Shown: positions 23,601-36,820, numbered from the stretch's first letter. The stretch is 64,000 bases of DNA from Phoronis australis (GCA_002633005.1 NMRA01000796.1:77781-141780); one strand, 5' to 3'. Translations and numbers: made by a program. The notes: generated from the sequence alone by a model not told the origin.

Positions 23601-24199
23601 ACGTATATGTATATATTATGTCTTATTTTATTATTTATTTTGCGTTTATTAAATATTTTTCTTATTTTTTATTTAATCCTGTTGTCTTACTTTTAGTATC
23701 ATCTATTTATTATTGTTTTTTATTATTTATTTTGTTTCATCAGTCTTTTCATGTTAGTTTTATATGCATCAATGATCACTTAAATGTTGTCTTTCATTTT
23801 ATAATTCTGTTTGTTTGTTTTATTGTCTTTGTATGTTTTTACTGAGGGCTACATGAAAAGCAGTGAGAACTGATGGGGCTACCCTAATTGTAAGTATTGC
23901 AATAATAAATAATGAATAGATAAATAAGAAAGAGGACAACTCTCCAGTGTAGCTGTTGTGAGGCAACATAACTAACATGTAACAACTGCCTGCGTTCGTC
24001 ACGCGATGAATCACGAGGCTTGTTTACGATTGATTAGATTGGTTCTTTAGGAATACTGGTAACATTTCCTTTTGGCTAGTTTTCCGGTAAATAGCCCGCC
24101 ATGAGGGATGGGTAAGTATGACGGTCAATTCCGCTTGCGCTGAATGACGGGTCATTTTGCATGTTTTCTTTTGGCTCATACTGTATTGGAGATTTAATA

Positions 24200-24560
24200 A
24201 AATTTCCATTTACATTTGCATATTAGAAATGGCACAAACATTGAAATTTCAATTTACGTTTTGCATATTTTTGAAGTAAAACATTGAACAAAAATTTAAA
24301 TTTCCATTTGCATATTTTATATATGGGACATTCAACAAACATTAAAATTTCAATTTACGTTTTCCATATTTGAAATAAGACATTGATCGAATTTCCATTT
24401 ACATTTGCATGTCATAAACGGAACATTTAACAAATATTAAAATTTCAATTTACGTTTTTAATATTGGAAATAGGATATTGAACAAAAACAAAAAAATCGC
24501 TTAATTGCATTTACATTGGATACTTAACAAATGTTGTATTTCTAATTGGCACTTTGAGTA
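24200..24560. repeat. Degenerate AT-rich tandem repeat (~55-60 bp unit)
   Basis: Recurring AATTTC(C/A)ATTT(A/G)C...CATAT and AACAAACATT motifs. Confidence 0.6.
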
Positions 24561-24791
24561 TTGGAAATTGAATGAACGGAATGCACTTTGATTCAAGTAT
24601 ATGTGCTCTTTGAGTCCATTACACACACACGTCCGTAATTAATTGGTAATGTGCTTGGTTCATACAGCATGCGCGAAAGATGAATCGCCATTATTGTGAG
24701 AAGCTTAATATTTCAAGTGCAAATCGTTCGTAGCAAATCTCACTTGACGCAAACTCCAGACTAGACAATTAGTTGAATTTAGTGCGCGAAA

Positions 24792-25124
24792 ATGCCAGCT
24801 AGGGCGTATCAAACCAACTATGTGAGTTGCTGGAGTTCTATTCCAGAAAAACGTTTTGCAATAGGCGTTTTTACAACAACCTGTCTATGGTGCCTTTTAA
24901 GCGTTACGGCGAGGTTCATGGAGTTTAAAGTGGGAAAAACAAGCGAAAGCAACTGCTTTGGAAATGCTCATCATATTGTCAGAGCTGTTGGAGAATGTTC
25001 TATCACGTGTAACAGCGATATTTCTTGTGTCAACTTTATATATGACAGCACTAGTAAACGTTGTCGACACTGTAATGAGTGGGTAAGGGAGAACCCAGTA
25101 GGAGGGTATACTGTTGGGCGCAAG
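24792..25124 (+). CDS. PAN/apple-like + FReD protein, exon 1 (signal-like segment and PAN-like Cys domain)
   Basis: Hydrophobic FAIGVFTTTCLWCLLSVTA, then ECSITCNSDISCVNFIYDSTSKRC (C-x3-C-x5-C-x2-F-x-Y-x6-C). AAG/GTAGGT donor at 25125, phase 0. The start codon is uncertain. Confidence 0.75.
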
Positions 25125-26129
25125 GTAGGTAGGCCTAATGTTCACCCATTAGAAGAAAAATCTTCTTGTTAGCCTTTTGAGTTGGCTTCATTTTAAAGAT
25201 TATTTATTATGACCTTATCGACAAGTCTGTGGCAAATATGTGTGGATATAGAAATCAGTATAGAGTAAAAATTGTGTAAACTTTGATTTTTTAAAGTCAA
25301 AGTAATAGTTCACGAGAGCACTGACCACCCAGCAGCACGGAGGGGGTCGACTGATTACCACCAATTTTTGCACATAGATGGTCCTAAGGGATCTACAATC
25401 AACGGTAAAATAATTCCCAAAATTGTTGCGTTCTATCCTAATTATAAGTTGTAACCACTTTTACGGCGCTGAGGCAATGTTTTCGTACCCCAAAAATTGC
25501 CAAGTTTGAACCTTGCATTGATTCCTTTTAGACATTTTGTTTAGTGGCCTAAAATGATTTGAAAAATCAATGATTGCCGCTCATATTTAGTACTTTCGCT
25601 GCACTGCCACCAAAGACTTTTCTGAACGTATGTATGTTATCTGCACTGCTACACCTCGCCTGCTGTGAGAATGAAACTTAATCAAATTATTGCCACATTC
25701 CTCTTCCATTATATGAAATGAAACACTGGCCACCACCCTCTCCCTCCCTCCCTGCCTCCCTCCCCTCTTCTCTCCTACCCCCTCATTCTGATGATGTGTG
25801 CCGCATTCAAAATTGGTTGATGATAACCAGAAAATCGCATTTAACCAAAAAACTGGGACCAAAACGCTTAACTTCCTTTGTTAATTTGTTAATAATTACG
25901 TGTATTTAGTCTCGGAAAGTGATTTTAGAACAATCTTCCAAACTTTCACAGAGCTGTGCGAGATCCTTCATCGGAAACACAAAATGGTCGTCAGCACCAT
26001 TATCAGACCCTGTGCCACTGAATCAACTGTATAGTTGCTCTAGTCACTCCGTCTTCGGTGCTGTAGAGAGATTGGCTTTTTTGAAATACAAAATTGAGTG
26101 TTTGATTATTTTTCTTTTCTGTTTTGCAG

Positions 26130-26154
26130 GTATTCAAGGACTGTTCGGATCTAG
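26130..26154 (+). CDS. FReD gene exon 2 (25-nt micro-exon, VFKDCSDL)
   Basis: TTTTGCAG acceptor and GTATGC donor. Encodes the KDC motif that starts FReD domains and is conserved in size and phase in the paralogue. Confidence 0.85.
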
Positions 26155-26919
26155 GTATGCTTAACATTTTATCAGCCATAATCAAGTTTACGGTCTTTAG
26201 TACGTACAGACACAAGCAAGTGAATGGAAGCGTTTTAATGCACTCATCCTTTGACGTCTTATACTTATCTGTCCTTCATATCGTCAACGGATTCTGCTGT
26301 TCTCAGGCCACAGTTCGTTTTCTGTTGGCCGAAGAGTTGCTGTAATCCTGCCCGATTGGGTAAAGATTTAAAACTACCATCAGCTAACCTAAACATTAAC
26401 TTAGACCGCGTCGTTTTAAAGCTGCGTGGAACGCCATAAACATACAAAATGTAATATTGAAAGTGTTCTGCTACTGAAACAGACTTTAACCGGCTCACCA
26501 GGTGTTTTAGGGTTTGTAAAATGTTTAATTTCTGCTGACATCAAATCAAAGTGAATTACTCAGCTGTACTAAACGTTGCAAGATGGTACTCTCGTCAGGA
26601 ATTGTTTAAAATACCGGTATATTTTTGACGAGCTTTTGCTTTCCATGCCTCTCTAAATCTTGTAACAGCGTGTTCCATACTCAGGGTAGAAAAACCTCCC
26701 AAGCTTGTAAAGAACTAACAGTTTCGGGTTTGTTGAGACCATGCTTGGTACACTTAACCGGCCCACTCCTATGCGCGTTTGCATTTAACACCATATCGTG
26801 CTATTGTTGTCCCCAACACATTGAGCATTTCACCAAGAAATGAACAGACTGGAACTCCATCCGTAATAGTAACTGGTTGTGTCCGGAGGCTCCTACCATG
26901 CAATTTTCTTTTTTTTCAG

Positions 26920-27518
26920 CAATAAACTACACTGGGTTTCTGGTTATTCGGCCCCTTAACACCACAAAGTCATTTAATGTACTTTGTCAGGATGGCTGGG
27001 CAGTTGTTCAGCGAAGATTTGAAGGAAGTCTTAATTTTGATAGGCCCTGGAATGATTACAAAGAAGGGTTTAGTACTCCTGGCGGTGAACTGTGGCTTGG
27101 CAACGATAACATTCACCATATTACCCAGCAAGCGCAATATAGACTACAGTATGTTATGACGGAGTGGAGTGGTCGACTTGTGACACGTGACCACACGTCC
27201 TTTGCAATTGAAAGTGAAAATGAAAAGTATAAGCTGTCCGTATCACAACCAAATGTTGCAGACTTTTTTTCTATGGGTGATCAAAATGGTAATTTGTTCA
27301 CGACATCTGACAACGCTGACAGACAACTTTGCACAGAGGAGCTGGTAGGCGGTTGGTGGTTCAATGGTTGTACAATAGGATTTAACTTAAACGGCAACTA
27401 TCCATACAAGGGAAAATGTATTGAAAGTTGCTGCATCAATTATCATGTAGACATCAAAACCGTGCACTTACTTAAAGAGACGGTTATGAGAATCAGGGTT
27501 GGTGTTGACTATCACTGA
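26920..27518 (+). CDS. FReD gene exon 3 (fibrinogen C-terminal globular domain)
   Basis: Poly-T CAG acceptor with phase-1 match. LCQDGWAVVQRRFEGSLNFDRPWNDYKEGF...ELWLGNDNIH...GGWWFNGC...NLNG...ETVMRIR. AATAAA near 27592. Spliced CDS 957 nt = 318 aa. Confidence 0.92.
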
Positions 27519-29633
27519 AACACAAAATGAAATTCGAAAGGACTTAGATTTACAGTGAACCAGTGGGTACTGGGAGACGCAACTAAAATTTAATAAAATT
27601 AAATTTCTTGACGAAACACACCTCAGCTTAATCACTTCTTACTTATTTTTGTTTTCCGAGTGAGTTTTACAACTTCGTCAGCAGCAAAACTTTACGCACA
27701 GTTCACGAAAATGCCATTCGTTTTGACTTCCTCTAGTGGTGCGACTCTATTTTAAATTGGTCAACCCCGTCTCACGAGACATTTCATATCAGTCAACACA
27801 TAGTGACCAGACGATAATTCACTGGTCAAGCAGATTGCTTTATAAGGAGTTTCGTTGGCTGATCCAATATTTATTATAATAATTACTCCGTGTGAAAAAT
27901 GGCAAGCCTTTCGCAATTCCTTACTTAAGCGGCAATGCACGACGTTTTCGTTTTCGGGGCAATTAATTCTGGGATTTGCTCAGCCAGCGTCGTCTATGGT
28001 TTCCATTATAGTTGATGAGACTCGCATTTTTGACATACTCAGTCACGTCGTCTGCAGTCCAAAACTTGAGAAGGATTAGTTTACAGACCGAGAGATGTTG
28101 TGGATACAGACGTTGACCCGACAATAATTTAGATCCAGATCGTGGCAATAACGCAATCCAGTCAACGAAACGCAAATACGCGTGAAATGAACGGTGGACC
28201 TTTCAAAGAAGAACCGGATTTTTGCCGACAATAGATGTTTCTGAACAATTTTGGAAATGGTATAGTTGCAAACATTTGACAATCCAATCGATAGGTTTCG
28301 AGAAATATTGGTTTCAACTAGCCTTGCTCTCCTGTCCTCGTAAATGAAAACGCAGGTGAATCGGTTTGTTTACTCTACCTAGTTACTTATTCAAGGTGGT
28401 AGACGAAACCGTATGTTGTGGTTTCCGGACGTCAGACTCTGCCGTCACGGCTAGCGTGTGAACTGAGGCCAAGGTACGGCGGTTTTCATTCGCTGTCAGG
28501 TGGCAACTTTTAACGATGAAGTTGGCGTGCGCATGCTTTCATCCTGTGAATCAATGTTGGAACTCTCTGGTGAGTTAGCTGTTTATATTGTGATGTTATG
28601 AGCAAACTGAGCAGAAATTAATGTAATTATCCGTATTATGAAATAAACATGAACAATTGCTTCACACTGTTCACTTGGAATTTTCCAGTTCTATTGTTTG
28701 AACGCTTTTTATGAATTGAAAACATCTCTTACAGTGTTACAATAGGAACTGCTGCCGCCCAATTTCCACCCCTCCGCGGCCTACACGGCAATATTTACTA
28801 CTCCTTAGAACGCCACAACTTTCGACCCTCCTATACCGGTAGCCACTGCAGTTCTCGAAGTACGCTCCTCCCCTCGTCGCCATATTTTTTCTTCCCAAAT
28901 TGCCCTCTGCCAAGCTGGGTTCTGGGACATTTAGGTGGCCCGCAAACAACTTGAGGGCCCTAAGCCATTCAGATCACCTTGGGTATATTCAGAACCTCAA
29001 ACTTCTCGGAGGTGAATTTAACCTGCGTGAATTTTAAACTTAGTGGAAAAAAGTGGACATAAATAGTAAACTTTGAACATGCACAGAAAACATTTAACTC
29101 CAAGGTGAACGCTACCTACGCGTGTGCGGACTTCAGTGAGCCTTTATATTCTTAAAACTGAAAATCACATGACTTGCCATATTTTGGATAACGTTCATCT
29201 CCTAGGGGATATTTGAGGCTTCGAATGTACCCGAAGTATTTCGAAATAGCCTACTAAAACATGCTTCAGGTTTTGGAAAAATATGAACACCTCTGGATTC
29301 ATAATTCATAAGATACTTTTTGTGAAATATTTTGACTGATGTTAATATTTGTATTGAAATGTGTAATAATAAAATTGCAATCAGGCTCTGAACTTAGATG
29401 AATTAGGATACACTGCACTAGTGCTAAGTTTGTTTACGCAACTGGTAACTCGACCCACAAGGTGGTACCGCTTTACCTACTTTCTTCAACAAGGTCCAGG
29501 ACTGCCAGTTAAGACAGCTGTTGGTTAATACTGGGCAAGCTCTAGTTATACACGTCTAAGCTGATGACATTGTCTTCTGTGAGTCAAACGTTGATGCTTG
29601 CTCATGCCACAGTATTGTCCAGAAGGCACTTAA

Positions 29634-31319
29634 AGGAGGATGCCACCCAAAATACAACATATTTTGTATCAATTTAGGTCGAGTAGTTCCACTCGATAAC
29701 ATCAAGTTCAGTTGTTTTACCTGACACCTAACGGCAGACGGAGGTGTTGAAATTAACCAATGACGTAATCGGTTCGAACGCAGTCTGTTCAGCCGTTCAC
29801 AACACGCTTACTGGTGTCAACTTATCGCTTGAATTCATCGTTTTACACCAATAAATCATCAACGTTCGATGTAAACCCCTTATAAATACATCGATTTCTT
29901 GAACAAACGTGTTGTTTTATTTTACTATGACGGATTTATAGGTATTTGAACGTACTACCGTAGCCTACAGAGTTCGCCTGTAGGCCAATTTACCGTATGG
30001 TCGATCGCGGGAATTTGGGTCTGTTTGGTGATAAATTCGAATCATTCTTCCGTGAAATACAGACGGGGGAACGTAGCTGTGTGTTTGTTGTACTTTTAGA
30101 CTTGTGATTTTTTCAGTTCTAAACACACAAAACGCTTGTTACTCCCCGCCAGTGGCTCGGAACCCCGACCCGATCAGGCCCGTCGCGGCCGCCGGGACTG
30201 GACAGTCTCGTACATAAACCAGCTTAAGTTGGAAACTAAACCTCCATTCACTAAAAGACTATAATAGTGAGCCAAAAAAATAATGTGCACGTAATTATTT
30301 AGATGAAGTAGCCACGAAACTGAAAATCTACTTACTTGTCGGGAGCCGCGAAGTCAGGTTCCCCTTTCACAGAACCGTCAGGGCAAAGGTTGTTCAGTAA
30401 TAATTTGAATAATGTATTTGTATATCTAAATAAAGATTCCCCTAACGTGTGACCATAGCATATATAATCGAGTTATTGTTTCACAGCAGCTTTCTGTCAG
30501 CAAACACTGAAATAGCATGCGCTCACAGGCCTCGGTGCCCAGTCAATTACCTATATTGCATCTAACAGAAGCCGGTAACGTAGTTCATTGCTGGCTTCTC
30601 AAAACATTTGCACCCACGAATACTCCAAAGGCATTACAAATTTTATCACATGAGACAGACTTTGTTTAGTTTTATATAAGCATTGGTTAGGGTGAGAATA
30701 ATTCATTTTGAAACAGAACGCAGAATTATTAATAAACGTCTGTATGGCAGCTCGCCCGAGGCCAATCCCGACTTTGTCGAGAGCTCATCCGACGAAGATT
30801 TCACGGGTCGGATCGTTAGGTTTCACAGTCTATCTGTTCGAACCAGAATACACTGATCAAGGAATACTAGAGAGGCGCCGTGAACATGCACAGGCAGCGG
30901 AACGTATGGATAGTTCTTTGGTAAGCCGTAATTCGTCAGAGAAATCACTGTCGACGAAATGCCGCCCACAGACACGGAGATGTTTCACGGCCTCATACTT
31001 GCTGTTAACAGCGTACTTTTCATTTTTCACTACCGTGAGTCACTCCTAAGCATTTCGGGCTCTCGAGGAAGTCCAAAAAACGATATACCCGCTTTCTTCG
31101 CAGCTTCATAGTTCGGCCCGACAAGCGGGAACGTTGCACCGCAATATAGCGGCATTCACTCTGCAGATGAAACACTGACGTCTCTGCGTCGCTTCTCACC
31201 TACCTCACAGGTTAACGCGACACCTCTCGGCAAGGTGAGGTCGACCGTATAAGAGGCGATGTGGATATAGACCGATTAAGACGGTAAAAAAGACTAATTA
31301 AATCCTGTGGCTTTCTCCT
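29634..31319. mobile_element. Kolobok-like non-autonomous DNA transposon (TTAA TSD)
   Basis: TTAA|AGGAGGATGCCAC ... GTGGCTTTCTCCT|TTAA. Removing it rejoins the LINE RT. It contains a THAP relic. Confidence 0.78.
30855..31155 (-). pseudogene. Degenerate THAP domain inside the Kolobok-like element
   Basis: MPLYC / CNVPAC ... KKAGISFFGLPREPEMLR / E*LTVVKN...KHLRVCGRHFVDSDF, read across frameshifts. Confidence 0.72.
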
Positions 31320-31707
31320 TTAATATTGTTATCCGACGGACTGTTGGCTTGGACATCAATAGCTGCACTAGTAAAACAAAAGTGGTGATGTTCATCTGGA
31401 AGCGGAAGTGGAAAGTGAAACCATTGAAGCTCTATGGTACCGAACTCTGATCATTCCAAGAAAAAGTCACCTACGTACATGTAGGTGTTACTCTCCACCA
31501 TCGCCTTTCATGGACACCTCATGTGATGGGCAAGATAGCCAAGGCCAAGTCGGCCCTGATAAGTTGCTGGCGAGAGGTGGGTAAAACATGGGAACTCTCC
31601 TCTAAGAATTCTGTCTGGATCTACATTGGTGTTATCAGATCGATGTTAGCTTACGCGGCATCAATATGGATAACTTCTCTTGAACAGAGCACTTTTAGAA
31701 CTAAACT

Positions 31708-31710
<3 letters not shown>

Positions 31711-31753
<43 letters not shown>
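31711..31753. repeat. (TA)n microsatellite interrupting the LINE ORF
   Basis: Direct reading. Confidence 0.95.
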
Positions 31754-31754
<1 letters not shown>

Positions 31755-33915
31755 CGTTTAGACTGCTTGTGTTTTACTTCTGCTATTCCGGGGACATCTA
31801 CAGCTACAATGGTAATGTTTAGTGGTTTGCCACCCTTGCATATTTACCTCAGCGGTGAAGCCGTGCTTACAGCTACCCGTAAGAGGGAGTGTAATGGGCA
31901 GGGGTGTCAATGAGCAAATCATTGATACAGTTGCTCATAAGAGCCATATTAATGTATGCAGCAGGCTATTGTCAGGAAACTGAAACATTTTTGACATGCC
32001 GAGTGATGTTTAAGTGACGACCCTAAATCACAGACACAATTTCTGTACAGAACTTAGAGATGGTCACGATATCATTGATTTCAATGAGCAACAGTCGGTT
32101 TGTTACACTGATGTCTTTAAACTTGACAACGGACTGTCAGGATCAGGAATCTACTTTCCAAACCTTGCAGGTGACGACAAAGAAAGCTGGATTGCACTGG
32201 GTACCACTATTGTCTGTCAGGCTGAAATTGACGTCATTCACCAGGCTGCCCAACAGGTGAGGGCGCATGAAACAGCTCTTTGTAACAAGAAACTCTCCAA
32301 CCTCTCAGACAGTCAAGCAGCTATTAAAGGACTAACTAAACCCAAGATCAATTCCAGTTGCGTCCAGACATGTGTAAACAAGCTTAACCACCTAACAGCT
32401 AGGATAAGTCTTCCTGTGAACTGGGTTAACGCCCATATTGGCATTGAAGTTAACGAAGCTGCTGACACACTTGCAAAAGAAGAAGCAAGTGCACCCTGTT
32501 TTATACCAGAACCTTGCTTGCCTATAGGTGCTATAGAGAACAGGTTTGCAAACTATCCGATGGTGCATGGAGAAAGTTCTCCATTTGAAGACAAACCAAA
32601 CAAATATTAACAACTCCTACTGAACCAAAAGGTTAGAAGAAACTTTGATGTTTAGGTAGGATTGCTATCAGGCAGTTGATCCAAGTTATTACTGGACACT
32701 GCAACCTAGCACCGTAGCATTACAGGCCACATGGCTTGTTTATTGTGTCCTAACTTTGGCTTGGAGGCCGAGACTCCTCAACATCTGGTGGAGATTTTCC
32801 CTGCCTACGACAGACACCGTAATCTACTACTGCATGGATGGACACATAACCCACCTGGTTACACTGCCAGTTCATTCACGTTTAATAACCTTTCTATCTT
32901 TCTGAAACAAACAGGCGCAGGTTGGAAGATTTTACCATGAGAAAGCCTATGATATCGGGTCCCATGAGTCATATTCAGGTGATAAGTGTAATGGGCCTGG
33001 CTTTGCAGCCTAAGCACGCCTGATGTACCTCAAAAGGCATCAGGCCACCTGCCCCTTTTTTCAATTGTTGTGCTCCATGGTGACGTTATTTTTACATCTG
33101 CAACTGTGTCTACTACAGAGGCGGATCTACGGTGGGGGGTTCAGGAGGTTAACCCCACCACTTGGGATAGGATCAAGAAATAAAAAAAATTCCGTACCGC
33201 CCTTGACCTCGAACCGACAAAGTGCAAAGTATGTTTGGGCTTTTTGGGAACATTTTTGTGCTTTGACAGCGAATTTCATGCGAACTCGCTGGAGCAGGAC
33301 ACCGTGAATTGTATTATAAGAAAGAACAATTTCTCAGGGTTTGTTGAACCCCTGTTTTGTGTAAATTTATTGAGTTATGTGTAATTGATATGGACGACGG
33401 AATCGAAGCACCCATGGAATTTCTAGTCCCCAGAGTCATACCTTGTAGTATTATGTGTAGTGTATTGGGGACGCGATCAGAAGGTGAGGACGCCTGTGGT
33501 TGCAGCTATAGCGAAAACAACGCCCGGGTAGTAAAACACTTAATTTGGATTTCATACGCATGCGAAATTGCCGACATGTCTTAAGAATGCGAAAACCTGA
33601 GTACGAACTTGCATTTCTAAAAGAGAATGAAGTTCGAATATTGAATTATCAACCACGATACCGTCATCTACGTATTGCCAAACGCCACCTCGGTTGAAGT
33701 TGGCAGGGTACGGCCCGATGATTACGTGAAGCACTTTGAATCAAAATTCAAAATTATTACTAACTTGTTTATTGATGTAGTACGAGTAGCTGCAACAATT
33801 TTGTTGTTGTTGTCCATCTATATCCTAGCTTTAACGGAGAGGCTAGGGCTGGACCTATTACGCCGGGGGTTCAATCGAACCCTCTGAACCCCCCCCCCCC
33901 CCGGCTAAGGGCCTG

Positions 33916-36820
33916 CATCTACACGCTTAATAACACCCATTTTGTCCATGCGTTCGAACTCATTCTTAAACGCCGTTTGCAAGTGAACCGCTACCGCACA
34001 AGGGGTGCTCACGACGGGTTTGTAACCAATGAGATAACTATAACTAGTAGAGCTGACACGACTGTACTCGCAAGCCAGACAGCGCGTGACGCGGTCCGCC
34101 ATATTGATGATGAACTATACGTAAACAAAAGCACGGTGGCCTTATGGAAGCCGGGGAATTTTCAGAATAAAATTTGAAATTTTAAATACTAACGAGGTTT
34201 TAAAATATTGGTAACATAAAGCAATGTAAACCTGTGATCCACGCATTGCGTAAACGGTCATACAAGCCATTGCAAAGACCAAATTCCTAATGATTTGGCT
34301 GAAATTCTCACGGAGTGCTGCTAGGGCTTGGGAGATTTTGCCGGCTCAGTCGAAAACAATCACTGAAATGTATAAAGTTTAGAAAATGCTATTACATAGG
34401 CTGATTTAGGGGGAGGGGCAGGGGGCCCGTCCCCCCACCTTGGCTGCCGCAAAAAAATAAAACAGAAATAGCGTGAGGAAGATATTGAGTTTACTAATTA
34501 ACGTAGGTAAGCAACATACGGCCTGGTAGATAATTGGCGTGCCACGTTGTCATAACAGACAAAAGACTGTGCTTGGCAGTTAACAAAGAAGCTACATGTA
34601 GATGTTATCACACGCTCAGAAACCCCATCGTCTTGTAAAGTCACTGAACGGGAAAACACTGTCATGTATAAAAATGATGGTTTTCCTCAAGTAAGACAGT
34701 TGCAGATTTTAATAGCTTGCCAGGCTACATAACATTTGTCTCATCTCTTAAAATCTACAGAAACAACCCATCTACCGTCCCAATATAACACTGTGGGGTG
34801 TAGCATTCTTGGGGTATCCTTTCTTTCTAATCTTCGAATTGGTGTCCACTTTGTAAAAATGTACATCTATTAATCTTGTAGTCACTTGTTGTGTTTCTTC
34901 ATTGCTAGAAATCAACAGATTTCTTGGTCACTAAGCCCTTAAAGACATATCGGACTAACATGGAAAGTCCAGTAACATACTCTCCATGAAACGTGGACTT
35001 AAGTGGGTGTTCTAGGGACCAAATGAAGTTGAACAGTATTGTTTCTGGGAACGGATTCTCTCCCACAAAATCATTTTACTTCAGTTTCAATTTTTAAACC
35101 ATGAAAGACCAAAAATTATATCATTGATTCTGGGTCTAACCTTTATACTGGAAAACAAACTTTATTTTTGATGTTTTCTGCTATAACTAAAGATAGGTGT
35201 TAAGGCCCTTTAATTCTGTGCTCAAGTATGCATTGATTTTCTTGGATGATTTTCTAAAAAATCCTAGTTTGCATTCGATGATCCTAACATAAAAGCTATG
35301 AGTGTTTACTTGAAATCCGGTGCTGTTACCAATATTGGTTCCTAGATACTGCACAGTACACACGCATCTCGACTTACATGGTTCATCAGCAAGATGGCGG
35401 ACCACGTACTCCACTCAACGAAAACCACGTGATGTCACCTCTGTTTATATAGCTCATTGTTTGTAACCAGGTTTCAGCTCGGGGTATGGGGCACCTGGGA
35501 AGTGGCCAAAGCCATCAAAACAATCTTTGAATTGTTTGAGTACTGTCTCTTTTGTCAACTTGCTGGATGAGAATTCGCACGTTATTTTGACTAACTCGTG
35601 CTTAACACAAGATTTGTACCCTAGCAGTGTCGGACCCTCGCAGTCCACCACGTCGAAGTTAATTGACTCTCTTGCCTTTAGTGGCAGTGTAGACTACACA
35701 AACCCATGTTTCTGATTTTATTGTTTCCGTACGCGGTAAGCATAGTCGTGGCAGGCGACAGTTTATGTTCCTTGGGAAACAATTTATCAAAAATTAACAG
35801 TCATAGACATGACATTAGGATCGCTGCCCATGTCTAGTTTAATGGGAATGTCTTTCCCACGGCGATGCGTGTAGTTTGTCGTTACATAAAGTCTTTACAG
35901 TCGATGGCTATTTTGCGTCTTCAATCGACCCAAGGAATAACTTTTCCATTTTGAACTCGGTTATGTCGTATACACTGTGGCCAGAACACACACACGCGAA
36001 ATGACCAACTTTGTGGCACTGATAGCATGCCTCTTTTGTCACACTTGATACATTTCTTGGGTTTGTGTCCGTGGGACTTACGGCGGGTCGATGGGGGCGC
36101 GCGAAAGGTACGTTTACCCTTTTTGTCTTTGTGTTTCTGCACTGCGCATACTGCCTCCTCACCGCGAATCAGACGCATCTGGCTTTGCGCATGCTCGTAT
36201 TGCCGACCTATTTCTGTGGTTTTGTCTAAGGTTAACTTTTGCCCTTGTTCCAAGAGTCTCTCTTGAACTTTTGTATGTCTAACCCCATCGATCATGACAT
36301 CGACTAATATGTCATCGGAGTTGTCGTACTCGCAATCCATAACAAGCAGCTTGAGACCCTTCACAAAATTATAAAAACTCTCACCGTCCTGTTGCTTACG
36401 CTGTGCAAGTTAATAGCGTGCCGTGCGCTTATTTTTCTGGGGACGAACGCAATCACGAAGTTTATCTATTATCTTATCAGGGTCATTTTCCTCTGCTTCC
36501 TCGAGGGCAACTGTTTTATACACTTCGCGTCCTTGACGGCCAAGCCACATACCGAGCCAACCCGCACGAGCAATCGTTTTGGCTGTGGCCAGGGGACCCT
36601 TGAATACAAAGCTTACATAATGAACTCACAGTACAATTCCTGTGCATCCCAGTCGAAACTCGCCTGGTCAAATGGGGCTGCCATTTTATCACCACACAAA
36701 AGTTCACCAAGAGATTTACACACTTGTGTCTAGGGGTCTTAACTAACTGTCCTACAGTCTTTTGAGCTCCGGATGACCCCTGTCAGCCGTGATGTTAGTG
36801 GATTCTCCTGGCACCATATG
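33916..36820 (-). mobile_element. Ty3/Gypsy relic (PBS, gag, protease, start of RT) interrupted at 34027-35459
   Basis: PBS-like TGGTGCCAGG near 36815. Gag LLVMDCEY..DVMIDGVRHTKVQERLL..LTLDK, CYQCHKVGHFACVC, protease-like KLDMGSD, LLGYKSC, and pol GYKPVV...KNEFERMDKMGVIKRVD. Confidence 0.82.
34027..35459. mobile_element. P-like (or hAT-like) non-autonomous DNA transposon, 8-bp TSD TTTGTAAC
   Basis: TTTGTAAC|CAATGAG...CTCATTG|TTTGTAAC, with imperfect inverted ends of about 95 bp. Removing it rejoins the Gypsy pol at PGYK/PVV. Confidence 0.85.

Larger units (their letters stand above)
29400..32990 (+). mobile_element. LOA/I-group non-LTR retrotransposon relic with RNase H, split by a DNA transposon
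   Basis: *ADDIVF near 29560, GLDIN...KTKVVMF after 31323, GKTWELS...WIY...RSMLAYAASIW, RNase H YTD..AEI..SDSQAAI..WVNAHIGIEVNEAAD, and C-terminal ETPQHL. Confidence 0.82.
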
